Program-made: the position numbers and the translations under genes
Part shown: positions 1 through 14,479 of the stretch, one piece after another
Layout: each line of letters opens with the position of its first letter
Numbering within the stretch: the stretch's first letter is position 1
Assembly: GCA_002269645.1 (NCBI GenBank)
Contig: NIVC01000441.1
Coordinates: 310,001 to 374,000, forward strand
Reading direction: 5' to 3'
Source: Macrostomum lignano
Taxonomy: Eukaryota
Length of the DNA: 64,000 nt
The notes under the pieces: model-generated
The model's database searches: none
Seen by the model: only the letters and a program-made list of their open reading frames with translations
What the model was told of the DNA's origin: nothing

Positions 1-80
1 TCTCAGCAAAACACTGCAGTTCGGCTCGTGTGATTTTGAAGACTTCAGCGAAGCCATGCAAATAAATCCTGTCAACCTAC

Positions 81-325
81 CGAGCGCAGCATCTCCTTGA
101 ACTTGGTGCGGCGTACAGTCCGCAGAATCCTGACGCGCATCTTTCGGTAGACGCTGACAAAGCGGCCCATGTCAGGACAGGCCACCCAGTAGCAGCCGAA
201 GTCGCGCACAGTGAGGAAGCCGGCCTGCACCAGATCGGAGATTTCCGTATCAGAGAAGGGCAGATTCGGGCCCAGGGTCACACTGAGGTCTGTGGTCTCA
301 CGAAGCACCAGATTGAGGTACCTTC
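81..325 (-). CDS. STK19: STK19 second coding exon; gene continues beyond the left window edge
   Basis: Acceptor CTGCCAG| at 326. The phase-1 join gives FRRYLNLVLRE...PFSDTEISDLVQAGFLTVRDFGCYWVACPDMGRF...VRRTKFKEML, matching human GFRDSEITHLVNAGVLTVRDAGSWWLAVPGAGRF...VRKAKYREL. Donor TCG|GTAGGT at 80. Confidence 0.88.
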
Positions 326-409
326 CTGGCAGTGGTTGGTGTATGCAATTAAATGATGCTTTGTACTCGTATTAAAGTATTCAACTTTCAAACCATGCCT
401 CAAATGCTA

Positions 410-886
410 ATGCACCTGCTGAAAAACTGTCAGATGCTAATACACCTGTTTACACTGTGTCAGATGCCAATGCACCTGCTGATACAGTCTGTGTCAGATG
501 CCAATGCACCTGCTGATACAGTCTGTGTCAGATGCCAATGCACCTGCTGATACAGTCTGTGTCAGATGCCAATGCACCTGCTGATACAGTCTGTGTCAGA
601 TGCCAATGCACCTGCTGATACAGTCTGTGTCAGATGCCAATGCACCTGCTGATACAGTCTGTGTCAGATGCTAATGCACCTGCTGATACACTCTGTGTCA
701 GATGCTAATGCACCTGCTGACACTCTCTGTGTCAGATGCTAATGCACCTGCTGACACTCTCTGTGTCAGATGCTAATGCACCTGCTGATACAGTCTGTGT
801 CAGATGCTAATGCACCTGCTGACACTCTCTGTGTCAGATGCTAATGCACCTGCTGATACAGTCTGTGTCAGATGCTAATGCACCTG
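410..886. repeat. 34-bp minisatellite (~14 units) inside the STK19 intron
   Basis: Unit AATGCACCTGCTGATACAGTCTGTGTCAGATGC(C/T) repeated in tandem. Confidence 0.95.
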
Positions 887-921
887 AAATACATAAAAGT
901 ACACAGTGAACTGGCGCTCAC

Positions 922-1294
922 TGAAGACCACATCTGGCAGGCGGCCTTGCCGAGTCCGGGCAAAAGCTTCGAATTCTTCAGACAGCATCAGAGCGAATCT
1001 TTCGTCAGTTTCGCCGCCAATTTTAAACATTCGCAGCCGGCCGGAGTCGCGCAGCTGCTGAAGCTCCTGATCGATGCAAGCCCGGCGCAGACAGAGGCTG
1101 TACAGCTGGTGCTTGAAGGCGATGCGGGGCAGAGCTGGCTTGAAGCTGTCAGCTGGGAACAGCGTCAGGAGGCGCTGGACGCTGGGCCAAACTTCGCCAT
1201 CCGAGTCCGATTCGTTGCCATCATTGGACTGGCGAGCCCGCTTGATGTGGCCTGGCAGCACCAGGTCCCGGATGATGATGCGCCGCTTCAGCAT
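922..1294 (-). CDS. STK19: STK19 (winged-helix DNA-binding protein, 'Ser/Thr kinase 19') first coding exon
   Basis: MLKRR...LLTLFPADSFKPALPRIAFKHQLYSL...IDQELQQLRDSGRLRMFKIG resembles human STK19 (LMQLFPRGLFEDALPPIVLRSQVYSL...ADRQLKELQEQGEIRIVQLG). Donor TTCA|GTGAGC at 921. Confidence 0.85.
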
Positions 1295-1831
1295 CCAGTG
1301 AAGCTCTATCTAATGCACACGCAACACATGTAGCTGCTGTTTGTCAGCCTGTAAATAATGCAAATAGTTTCAATATAAGGAATTGCATGGCTAAATTTTT
1401 ACAGACCAAATACTGTTTTGGGGAAATAACCTTTAGTGTAGGCATTTAGTCCTAGGAAAATGCCATCATTTATTTAATAGCAAAATTTAGTTTTTTTAAA
1501 CAACATGGTTATGCAACTCCATATACTAAAAATTTATTGACGATATTGACAAAGATTCATGGGTTTTATATCAAATAAGGCCCATGCTTATATTATAAGC
1601 CTATATCATTGTCTCTATTTGAATAATAATTCTAGCAGAAATTTGCCAAGGTGTCATTCCCAAAGCTGATGTATGAAGATTATATCAAAGGGTCTTAGAT
1701 TGACCAAGTAAGAGAAAGAGAGAGGAAAGTCTTATATATAATTTTTTTACTTCCTCTTTCTGAAGTCTAAAAAGCTCTTTTTGAAAGCTTTGAAGCTTTT
1801 TTGAAGTTTTTCTCAAAAAATCTTGTTGTAG

Positions 1832-4800
1832 CAAGCCTTGTTAAATGGTGCTAAAGTAGCCTACCATATGCTAAGGGCCATGTTGTAGCTATACTAATGG
1901 CTATATGACAAGCCTTGTTAAATGGTGCTAAAATAGCCTACCATTTGCTAAGGGCCATGTTGTAGCTATACTAATTGCTATATGACAAGCCTTGTTAAAT
2001 GGTGCTAAAGTAGCCTACCATATGCTAAGGGCCATGTTGTAGCTATACTAATTGCTATATGACAAGCCTTGTTAAATGGTGCTAAAGTAGCCTACCATAT
2101 GCTAAGGGCCATGTTGTAGCTATACTAATGGCTATATGACAAGCCTTGTTAAATGGTGCTAAAATAGCCTACCATTTGCTAAGGGCCATGTTGTAGCTAT
2201 ACTAATTGCTATATGACAAGCCTTGTTAAATGGTGCTAAAATAGCCTACCATTTGCTAAGGGCCATGTTGTAGCTATACTAATTGCTATATGACAAGCCT
2301 TGTTAAATGGTGCTAAAGTAGCCTACCATATGCTAAGGGCCATGTTGTAGCTATACTAATTGCTATATGACAAGCCTTGTTAAATGGTGCTAAAGTAGCC
2401 TACCATATGCTAAGGGCCATGTAGCTATACTAATTGCTATATGACAAGCCTTGTTAAATGGTGCTAAAATAGCCTACCATTTGCTAAGAGCCATGTTGTA
2501 GCTATACTAATTGCTATATGACAAGCCTTGTTAAATGGTGCTAAAATAGCCTACCATTTGCTAAGAGCCATGTTGTAGCTATACTAATTGCTATATGACA
2601 AGCCTTGTTAAATGGTGCTAAAGTAGCCTACCATATGCTAAGGGCCATGTAGCTATACTAATTGCTATATGACAAGCCTTGTTAAATGGTGCTAAAGTAG
2701 CCTACCATATGCTAAGGGCCATGTTGTAGCTATACTAATTGCTATATGACAAGCCTTGTTAAATGGTGCTAAAGTAGCCTACCATATGCTAAGGGCCATG
2801 TAGCTATACTAATTGCTATATGACAAGCCTTGTTAAATGGTGCTAAAATAGCCTACCATTTGCTAAGGGCCATGTTGTAGCTATACTAATTGCTATATGA
2901 CAAGCCTTGTTAAATGGTGCTAAAGTAGCCTACCATATGCTAAGGGCCATGTTGTAGCTATACTAATTGCTATATGACAAGCCTTGTTAAATGGTGCTAA
3001 AATAGCCTACCATATGCTAAGGGCCATGTAGCTATACTAATTGCTATATGACAAGCCTTGTTAAATGGTGCTAAAGTAGCCTACCATATGCTAAGGGCCA
3101 TTTGTAGCTATACTAATTGCTATATGACAAGCCTTGTTAAATGGTGCTAAAATAGCCTACCATTTGCTAAGAGCCATGTTGTAGCTATACTAATTGCTAT
3201 ATGACAAGCCTTGTTAAATGGTGCTAAAGTAGCCTACCATATGCTAAGGGCCATGTAGCTATACTAATGGCTATATGACAAGCCTTGTTAAATGGTGCTA
3301 AAGTAGCCTACCATATGCTAAGGGCCATGTAGCTATACTAATGGCTATATGACAAGCCTTGTTAAATGGTGCTAAAATAGCCTACCATTCGCTAAGGGCC
3401 ATGTTGTAGCTATACTAATTGCTATATGACAAGCCTTGTTAAATGGTGCTAAAGTAGCCTACCATATGCTAAGGGCCATGTTGTAGCTATACTAATTGCT
3501 ATATGACAAGCCTTGTTAAATGGTGCTAAAATAGCCTACCATATGCTAAGGGCCATGTAGCTATACTAATTGCTATATGACAAGCCTTGTTAAATGGTGC
3601 TAAAGTAGCCTACCATATGCTAAGGGCCATTTTGTAGCTATACTAATTGCTATATGACAAGCCTTGTTAAATGGTGCTAAAATAGCCTACCATTTGCTAA
3701 GAGCCATGTTGTAGCTATACTAATTGCTATATGACAAGCCTTGTTAAATGGTGCTAAAGTAGCCTACCATATGCTAAGGGCCATGTAGCTATACTAATGG
3801 CTATATGACAAGCCTTGTTAAATGGTGCTAAAGTAGCCTACCATATGCTAAGGGCCATGTAGCTATACTAATTGCTATATGACAAGCCTTGTTAAATGGT
3901 GCTAAAATAGCCTACCATTTGCTAAGGGCCATGTTGTAGCTATACTAATTGCTATATGACAAGCCTTGTTAAATGGTGCTAAAGTAGCCTACCATATGCT
4001 AAGGGCCATGTTGTAGCTATACTAATTGCTATATGACAAGCCTTGTTAAATGGTGCTAAAAGCCTACCATATGCTAAGGGCCATGTAGCTATACTAATTG
4101 CTATATGACAAGCCTTGTTAAATGGTGCTAAAGTAGCCTACCATATGCTAAGGGCCATTTGTAGCTATACTAATTGCTATATGACAAGCCTTGTTAAATG
4201 GTGCTAAAATAGCCTACCATTGCTAAGGCCATGTTGTAGCTATACTAATTGCTATATGACAAGCCTTGTTAAATGGTGCTAAAATAGCCTACCATTTGCT
4301 AAGGCCATGTTGTAGCTATACTAATTGCTATATGACAAGCCTTGTTAAATGGTGCTAAAGTAGCCTACCATATGCTAAGGGCCATTTGTAGCTATACTAA
4401 TTGCTATATGACAAGCCTTGTTAAATGGTGCTAAAGTAGCCTACCATATGCTAAGGGCCATGTTGTAGCTATACTAATGCTATATGACAAGCCTTGTTAA
4501 ATGGTGCTAAAGTAGCCTACCATATGCTAAGGGCCATGTTGTAGCTATACTAATTGCTATATGACAAGCCTTGTTAAATGGTGCTAAAATAGCCTACCAT
4601 ATGCTAAGGGCCATGTAGCTATACTAATTGCTATATGACAAGCCTTGTTAAATGGTGCTAAAGTAGCCTACCATATGCTAAGGGCCATGTAGCTATACTA
4701 ATTGCTATATGACAAGCCTTGTTAAATGGTGCTAAAATAGCCTACCATATGCTAAGGGCCATGTTGTAGCTATACTAATTGCTATATGACAAGCCTTGTT

Positions 4801-7800
4801 AAATGGTGCTAAAATAGCCTACCATTGCTAAGGCCATGTTGTAGCTATACTAATTGCTATATGACAAGCCTTGTTAAATGGTGCTAAAGTAGCCTACCAT
4901 ATGCTAAGGGCCATGTAGCTATACTAATGCTATATGACAAGCCTTGTTAAATGGTGCTAAAGTAGCCTACCATATGCTAAGGGCCATGTAGCTATACTAA
5001 TGCTATATGACAAGCCTTGTTAAATGGTGCTAAAGTAGCCTACCATATGCTAAGGGCCATGTAGCTATACTAATTGCTATATGACAAGCCTTGTTAAATG
5101 GTGCTAAAATAGCCTACCATTGCTAAGGGCCATGTTGTAGCTATACTAATTGCTATATGACAAGCCTTGTTAAATGGTGCTAAAGTAGCCTACCATATGC
5201 TAAGGGCCATGTTGTAGCTATACTAATTGCTATATGACAAGCCTTGTTAAATGGTGCTAAAATAGCCTACCATATGCTAAGGGCCATGTAGCTATACTAA
5301 TTGCTATATGACAAGCCTTGTTAAATGGTGCTAAAATAGCCTACCATATGCTAAGGGCCATGTTGTAGCTATACTAATTGCTATATGACAAGCCTTGTTA
5401 AATGGTGCTAAAGTAGCCTACCATATGCTAAGGGCCATTTGTAGCTATACTAATTGCTATATGACAAGCCTTGTTAAATGGTGCTAAAATAGCCTACCAT
5501 TGCTAAGGCCATGTTGTAGCTATACTAATTGCTATATGACAAGCCTTGTTAAATGGTGCTAAAGTAGCCTACCATATGCTAAGGGCCATGTAGCTATACT
5601 AATTGCTATATGACAAGCCTTGTTAAATGGTGCTAAAGTAGCCTACCATATGCTAAGGGCCATGTAGCTATACTAATTGCTATATGACAAGCCTTGTTAA
5701 ATGGTGCTAAAATAGCCTACCATTGCTAAGGGCCATGTTGTAGCTATACTAATTGCTATATGACAAGCCTTGTTAAATGGTGCTAAAGTAGCCTACCATA
5801 TGCTAAGGGCCATGTTGTAGCTATACTAATTGCTATATGACAAGCCTTGTTAAATGGTGCTAAAATAGCCTACCATATGCTAAGGGCCATGTAGCTATAC
5901 TAATTGCTATATGACAAGCCTTGTTAAATGGTGCTAAAGTAGCCTACCATATGCTAAGGGCCATTTGTAGCTATACTAATTGCTATATGACAAGCCTTGT
6001 TAAATGGTGCTAAAATAGCCTACCATTGCTAAGGGCCATGTTGTAGCTATACTAATTGCTATATGACAAGCCTTGTTAAATGGTGCTAAAGTAGCCTACC
6101 ATATGCTAAGGGCCATGTAGCTATACTAATTGCTATATGACAAGCCTTGTTAAATGGTGCTAAAATAGCCTACCATTGCTAAGGGCCATGTTGTAGCTAT
6201 ACTAATTGCTATATGACAAGCCTTGTTAAATGGTGCTAAAGTAGCCTACCATATGCTAAGGGCCATGTTGTAGCTATACTAATTGCTATATGACAAGCCT
6301 TGTTAAATGGTGCTAAAGTAGCCTACCATATGCTAAGGGCCATGTAGCTATACTAATTGCTATATGACAAGCCTTGTTAAATGGTGCTAAAATAGCCTAC
6401 CATTGCTAAGGCCATGTTGTAGCTATACTAATTGCTATATGACAAGCCTTGTTAAATGGTGCTAAAGTAGCCTACCATATGCTAAGGGCCATGTTGTAGC
6501 TATACTAATTGCTATATGACAAGCCTTGTTAAATGGTGCTAAAGTAGCCTACCATATGCTAAGGGCCATGTTGTAGCTATACTAATTGCTATATGACAAG
6601 CCTTGTTAAATGGTGCTAAATAGCCTACCATATGCTAAGGGCCATGTAGCTATACTAATTGCTATATGACAAGCCTTGTTAAATGGTGCTAAAGTAGCCT
6701 ACCATATGCTAAGGGCCATTTGTAGCTATACTAATTGCTATATGACAAGCCTTGTTAAATGGTGCTAAAGTAGCCTACCATATGCTAAGGGCCATGTTGT
6801 AGCTATACTAATTGCTATATGACAAGCCTTGTTAAATGGTGCTAAAGTAGCCTACCATATGCTAAGGGCCATGTAGCTATACTAATTGCTATATGACAAG
6901 CCTTGTTAAATGGTGCTAAATAGCCTACCATATGCTAAGGGCCATGTTGTAGCTATACTAATTGCTATATGACAAGCCTTGTTAAATGGTGCTAAAGTAG
7001 CCTACCATATGCTAAGGGCCATGTAGCTATACTAATTGCTATATGACAAGCCTTGTTAAATGGTGCTAAAGTAGCCTACCATATGCTAAGGGCCATGTAG
7101 CTATACTAATTGCTATATGACAAGCCTTGTTAAATGGTGCTAAAATAGCCTACCATATGCTAAGGGCCATGTTGTAGCTATACTAATTGCTATATGACAA
7201 GCCTTGTTAAATGGTGCTAAAGTAGCCTACCATATGCTAAGGGCCATGTAGCTATACTAATTGCTATATGACAAGCCTTGTTAAATGGTGCTAAAATAGC
7301 CTACCATATGCTAAGGGCCATGTTGTAGCTATACTAATTGCTATATGACAAGCCTTGTTAAATGGTGCTAAAGTAGCCTACCATATGCTAAGGGCCATGT
7401 TGTAGCTATACTAATTGCTATATGACAAGCCTTGTTAAATGGTGCTAAAATAGCCTACCATATGCTAAGGGCCATGTAGCTATACTAATTGCTATATGAC
7501 AAGCCTTGTTAAATGGTGCTAAAGTAGCCTACCATATGCTAAGGGCCATTTGTAGCTATACTAATTGCTATATGACAAGCCTTGTTAAATGGTGCTAAAA
7601 TAGCCTACCATTGCTAAGGGCCATGTTGTAGCTATACTAATTGCTATATGACAAGCCTTGTTAAATGGTGCTAAAGTAGCCTACCATATGCTAAGGGCCA
7701 TGTAGCTATACTAATTGCTATATGACAAGCCTTGTTAAATGGTGCTAAAGTAGCCTACCATATGCTAAGGGCCATGTAGCTATACTAATTGCTATATGAC

Positions 7801-10800
7801 AAGCCTTGTTAAATGGTGCTAAAATAGCCTACCATATGCTAAGGGCCATGTTGTAGCTATACTAATTGCTATATGACAAGCCTTGTTAAATGGTGCTAAA
7901 GTAGCCTACCATATGCTAAGGGCCATGTTGTAGCTATACTAATTGCTATATGACAAGCCTTGTTAAATGGTGCTAAAATAGCCTACCATATGCTAAGGGC
8001 CATGTAGCTATACTAATTGCTATATGACAAGCCTTGTTAAATGGTGCTAAAGTAGCCTACCATATGCTAAGGGCCATTTGTAGCTATACTAATTGCTATA
8101 TGACAAGCCTTGTTAAATGGTGCTAAAATAGCCTACCATATGCTAAGGGCCATGTTGTAGCTATACTAATTGCTATATGACAAGCCTTGTTAAATGGTGC
8201 TAAAGTAGCCTACCATATGCTAAGGGCCATGTAGCTATACTAATTGCTATATGACAAGCCTTGTTAAATGGTGCTAAAGTAGCCTACCATATGCTAAGGG
8301 CCATGTAGCTATACTAATTGCTATATGACAAGCCTTGTTAAATGGTGCTAAAATAGCCTACCATATGCTAAGGGCCATGTTGTAGCTATACTAATTGCTA
8401 TATGACAAGCCTTGTTAAATGGTGCTAAAGTAGCCTACCATATGCTAAGGGCCATGTTGTAGCTATACTAATTGCTATATGACAAGCCTTGTTAAATGGT
8501 GCTAAAAGCCTACCATATGCTAAGGGCCATGTAGCTATACTAATTGCTATATGACAAGCCTTGTTAAATGGTGCTAAAGTAGCCTACCATATGCTAAGGG
8601 CCATGTTGTAGCTATACTAATTGCTATATGACAAGCCTTGTTAAATGGTGCTAAAATAGCCTACCATTGCTAAGGGCCATGTTGTAGCTATACTAATTGC
8701 TATATGACAAGCCTTGTTAAATGGTGCTAAATAGCCTACCATATGCTAAGGGCCATGTTGTAGCTATACTAATTGCTATATGACAAGCCTTGTTAAATGG
8801 TGCTAAAGTAGCCTACCATATGCTAAGGGCCATGTAGCTATACTAATTGCTATATGACAAGCCTTGTTAAATGGTGCTAAAGTAGCCTACCATATGCTAA
8901 GGGCCATGTTGTAGCTATACTAATTGCTATATGACAAGCCTTGTTAAATGGTGCTAAAGTAGCCTACCATATGCTAAGGGCCATGTTGTAGCTATACTAA
9001 TTGCTATATGACAAGCCTTGTTAAATGGTGCTAAAATAGCCTACCATATGCTAAGGGCCATGTAGCTATACTAATTGCTATATGACAAGCCTTGTTAAAT
9101 GGTGCTAAAATAGCCTACCATATGCTAAGGGCCATGTTGTAGCTATACTAATTGCTATATGACAAGCCTTGTTAAATGGTGCTAAAGTAGCCTACCATAT
9201 GCTAAGGGCCATGTAGCTATACTAATTGCTATATGACAAGCCTTGTTAAATGGTGCTAAAGTAGCCTACCATATGCTAAGGGCCATGTAGCTATACTAAT
9301 TGCTATATGACAAGCCTTGTTAAATGGTGCTAAAGTAGCCTACCATATGCTAAGGGCCATGTAGCTATACTAATTGCTATATGACAAGCCTTGTTAAATG
9401 GTGCTAAAGTAGCCTACCATATGCTAAGGGCCATGTTGTAGCTATACTAATTGCTATATGACAAGCCTTGTTAAATGGTGCTAAAGTAGCCTACCATATG
9501 CTAAGGGCCATGTTGTAGCTATACTAATTGCTATATGACAAGCCTTGTTAAATGGTGCTAAAGTAGCCTACCATATGCTAAGGGCCATGTAGCTATACTA
9601 ATTGCTATATGACAAGCCTTGTTAAATGGTGCTAAAGTAGCCTACCATATGCTAAGGGCCATGTTGTAGCTATACTAATTGCTATATGACAAGCCTTGTT
9701 AAATGGTGCTAAAATAGCCTACCATATGCTAAGGGCCATGTTGTAGCTATACTAATTGCTATATGACAAGCCTTGTTAAATGGTGCTAAAGTAGCCTACC
9801 ATATGCTAAGGGCCATGTAGCTATACTAATTGCTATATGACAAGCCTTGTTAAATGGTGCTAAAGTAGCCTACCATATGCTAAGGGCCATGTAGCTATAC
9901 TAATTGCTATATGACAAGCCTTGTTAAATGGTGCTAAAGTAGCCTACCATATGCTAAGGGCCATGTTGTAGCTATACTAATTGCTATATGACAAGCCTTG
10001 TTAAATGGTGCTAAAGTAGCCTACCATATGCTAAGGGCCATGTTGTAGCTATACTAATTGCTATATGACAAGCCTTGTTAAATGGTGCTAAAATAGCCTA
10101 CCATATGCTAAGGGCCATGTAGCTATACTAATTGCTATATGACAAGCCTTGTTAAATGGTGCTAAAGTAGCCTACCATATGCTAAGGGCCATGTTGTAGC
10201 TATACTAATTGCTATATGACAAGCCTTGTTAAATGGTGCTAAAATAGCCTACCATTGCTAAGGGCCATGTTGTAGCTATACTAATTGCTATATGACAAGC
10301 CTTGTTAAATGGTGCTAAAGTAGCCTACCATATGCTAAGGGCCATGTAGCTATACTAATTGCTATATGACAAGCCTTGTTAAATGGTGCTAAAGTAGCCT
10401 ACCATATGCTAAGGGCCATGTTGTAGCTATACTAATTGCTATATGACAAGCCTTGTTAAATGGTGCTAAAGTAGCCTACCATATGCTAAGGGCCATGTTG
10501 TAGCTATACTAATTGCTATATGACAAGCCTTGTTAAATGGTGCTAAAGTAGCCTACCATATGCTAAGGGCCATGTAGCTATACTAATTGCTATATGACAA
10601 GCCTTGTTAAATGGTGCTAAAATAGCCTACCATTGCTAAGGGCCATGTTGTAGCTATACTAATTGCTATATGACAAGCCTTGTTAAATGGTGCTAAAGTA
10701 GCCTACCATATGCTAAGGGCCATGTAGCTATACTAATTGCTATATGACAAGCCTTGTTAAATGGTGCTAAAGTAGCCTACCATATGCTAAGGGCCATGTA

Positions 10801-13800
10801 GCTATACTAATTGCTATATGACAAGCCTTGTTAAATGGTGCTAAAGTAGCCTACCATTGCTAAGGGCCATGTTGTAGCTATACTAATTGCTATATGACAA
10901 GCCTTGTTAAATGGTGCTAAAGTAGCCTACCATATGCTAAGGGCCATGTTGTAGCTATACTAATTGCTATATGACAAGCCTTGTTAAATGGTGCTAAAAT
11001 AGCCTACCATATGCTAAGGGCCATGTAGCTATACTAATTGCTATATGACAAGCCTTGTTAAATGGTGCTAAAGTAGCCTACCATATGCTAAGGGCCATGT
11101 TGTAGCTATACTAATTGCTATATGACAAGCCTTGTTAAATGGTGCTAAAGTAGCCTACCATATGCTAAGGGCCATGTTGTAGCTATACTAATTGCTATAT
11201 GACAAGCCTTGTTAAATGGTGCTAAAATAGCCTACCATTGCTAAGGGCCATGTTGTAGCTATACTAATTGCTATATGACAAGCCTTGTTAAATGGTGCTA
11301 AAGTAGCCTACCATATGCTAAGGGCCATGTAGCTATACTAATTGCTATATGACAAGCCTTGTTAAATGGTGCTAAAGTAGCCTACCATATGCTAAGGGCC
11401 ATGTAGCTATACTAATTGCTATATGACAAGCCTTGTTAAATGGTGCTAAAATAGCCTACCATTGCTAAGGGCCATGTTGTAGCTATACTAATTGCTATAT
11501 GACAAGCCTTGTTAAATGGTGCTAAAGTAGCCTACCATATGCTAAGGGCCATGTAGCTATACTAATTGCTATATGACAAGCCTTGTTAAATGGTGCTAAA
11601 ATAGCCTACCATATGCTAAGGGCCATGTTGTAGCTATACTAATTGCTATATGACAAGCCTTGTTAAATGGTGCTAAAGTAGCCTACCATATGCTAAGGGC
11701 CATGTTGTAGCTATACTAATTGCTATATGACAAGCCTTGTTAAATGGTGCTAAAATAGCCTACCATATGCTAAGGGCCATGTAGCTATACTAATTGCTAT
11801 ATGACAAGCCTTGTTAAATGGTGCTAAAGTAGCCTACCATATGCTAAGGGCCATGTTGTAGCTATACTAATTGCTATATGACAAGCCTTGTTAAATGGTG
11901 CTAAAATAGCCTACCATATGCTAAGGGCCATGTAGCTATACTAATTGCTATATGACAAGCCTTGTTAAATGGTGCTAAAGTAGCCTACCATATGCTAAGG
12001 GCCATTTGTAGCTATACTAATTGCTATATGACAAGCCTTGTTAAATGGTGCTAAAATAGCCTACCATTGCTAAGGGCCATGTTGTAGCTATACTAATTGC
12101 TATATGACAAGCCTTGTTAAATGGTGCTAAAGTAGCCTACCATATGCTAAGGGCCATGTAGCTATACTAATTGCTATATGACAAGCCTTGTTAAATGGTG
12201 CTAAAATAGCCTACCATTGCTAAGGGCCATGTTGTAGCTATACTAATTGCTATATGACAAGCCTTGTTAAATGGTGCTAAAGTAGCCTACCATATGCTAA
12301 GGGCCATGTTGTAGCTATACTAATTGCTATATGACAAGCCTTGTTAAATGGTGCTAAAGTAGCCTACCATATGCTAAGGGCCATGTAGCTATACTAATTG
12401 CTATATGACAAGCCTTGTTAAATGGTGCTAAAATAGCCTACCATTTGCTAAGGCCATGTTGTAGCTATACTAATTGCTATATGACAAGCCTTGTTAAATG
12501 GTGCTAAAGTAGCCTACCATATGCTAAGGGCCATGTAGCTATACTAATGCTATATGACAAGCCTTGTTAAATGGTGCTAAAGTAGCCTACCATATGCTAA
12601 GGGCCATGTAGCTATACTAATTGCTATATGACAAGCCTTGTTAAATGGTGCTAAAATAGCCTACCATTGCTAAGGGCCATGTTGTAGCTATACTAATTGC
12701 TATATGACAAGCCTTGTTAAATGGTGCTAAAGTAGCCTACCATATGCTAAGGGCCATGTTGTAGCTATACTAATTGCTATATGACAAGCCTTGTTAAATG
12801 GTGCTAAAATAGCCTACCATATGCTAAGGGCCATGTAGCTATACTAATTGCTATATGACAAGCCTTGTTAAATGGTGCTAAAGTAGCCTACCATATGCTA
12901 AGGGCCATTTGTAGCTATACTAATTGCTATATGACAAGCCTTGTTAAATGGTGCTAAAATAGCCTACCATTTGCTAAGGCCATGTTGTAGCTATACTAAT
13001 TGCTATATGACAAGCCTTGTTAAATGGTGCTAAAGTAGCCTACCATATGCTAAGGGCCATGTAGCTATACTAATGGCTATATGACAAGCCTTGTTAAATG
13101 GTGCTAAAGTAGCCTACCATATGCTAAGGGCCATGTAGCTATACTAATTGCTATATGACAAGCCTTGTTAAATGGTGCTAAAATAGCCTACCATTTGCTA
13201 AGGGCCATGTTGTAGCTATACTAATTGCTATATGACAAGCCTTGTTAAATGGTGCTAAAGTAGCCTACCATATGCTAAGGGCCATGTAGCTATACTAATG
13301 GCTATATGACAAGCCTTGTTAAATGGTGCTAAAATAGCCTACCATTTGCTAAGGGCCATGTTGTAGCTATACTAATTGCTATATGACAAGCCTTGTTAAA
13401 TGGTGCTAAAGTAGCCTACCATATGCTAAGGGCCATGTTGTAGCTATACTAATTGCTATATGACAAGCCTTGTTAAATGGTGCTAAAATAGCCTACCATA
13501 TGCTAAGGGCCATGTAGCTATACTAATTGCTATATGACAAGCCTTGTTAAATGGTGCTAAAGTAGCCTACCATATGCTAAGGGCCATTTTAGCTATACTA
13601 ATTGCTATATGACAAGCCTTGTTAAATGGTGCTAAAATAGCCTACCATTTGCTAAGAGCCATGTTGTAGCTATACTAATTGCTATATGACAAGCCTTGTT
13701 AAATGGTGCTAAAGTAGCCTACCATATGCTAAGGGCCATGTTGTAGCTATACTAATGGCTATATGACAAGCCTTGTTAAATGGTGCTAAATAGCCTACCA

Positions 13801-13842
13801 TTTGCTAAGGTCCATGTTTTAGCTACACTAATTGCTATATGA
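1832..13842. repeat. ~12-kb satellite array, 77-bp monomer with a 74-bp variant (~158 monomers estimated from length)
   Basis: Monomer CAAGCCTTGTTAAATGGTGCTAAA(G/A)TAGCCTACCAT(A/T)TGCTAAGGGCCATG(TTG)TAGCTATACTAATTGCTATATGA; starts at 1832 and 1909 give the 77-bp period. Confidence 0.98.
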
Positions 13843-14479
13843 TAAGTGTCATATATCTAGCAAATATAATACAGTACAGTAAGCATAACCTTAGAAAATA
13901 TGTTATATTATTAAATCACATTGAAAATACACATTTGGCAATTAGCCAAGATGCATAAGATTTTAGCTAGGCCTATGGCATAATATATTGCCTCATATTT
14001 AATAATGTTTGCTTGGCATCTATCTGGTTTTTTTGGCATGAGTGCCATGGCATCCTGATCATACATGCGCAACCCCCCTGATTTACACTGGCCATGCGAC
14101 TTACTTTTTGACCAAAAATGCAACTTACCTGTGAAAGAAACCCTAACGCAATTTTGGGTTAAATGGCAGGAGTAACTATGACTGTCTTATAAGGGCTAAA
14201 TGCCTCGTTATCTAATTAGTACTACATTTGTATTCTTTAGGCTGGGCATTTTTGCAACTTACCCCTGGTGCAGCACAATTTACGGTGGCCAGATCGGCCA
14301 GGTTGGCCAGCAGTTGCGCATGTATGATCCTGATTTTTTGACTTCTTAGATTTGGACCTCTAATACCAAATTGGCACCCTGTTTTTTAGATTAATACCAA
14401 ATTACCAAACTTAAAAAAGAAATAAAATTGTCCATGGTTGATCTAAAATGAGATAGAATTGAATAGACTAGCTATGCAA

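Noticed and set aside
872-1333. 153-aa plus-strand ORF
   Set aside because: Antisense shadow of STK19 exon 1.
1832-13842. CRISPR-like array
   Set aside because: No unique spacers; contiguous near-identical monomers; eukaryotic context with no cas genes.
14165-14310. Dispersed similarity with 52085-52195, and 15915-16000 with 46320-46410 and 47590-47680
   Set aside because: Real but short and diverged; old unclassifiable repeats with no structure to call.
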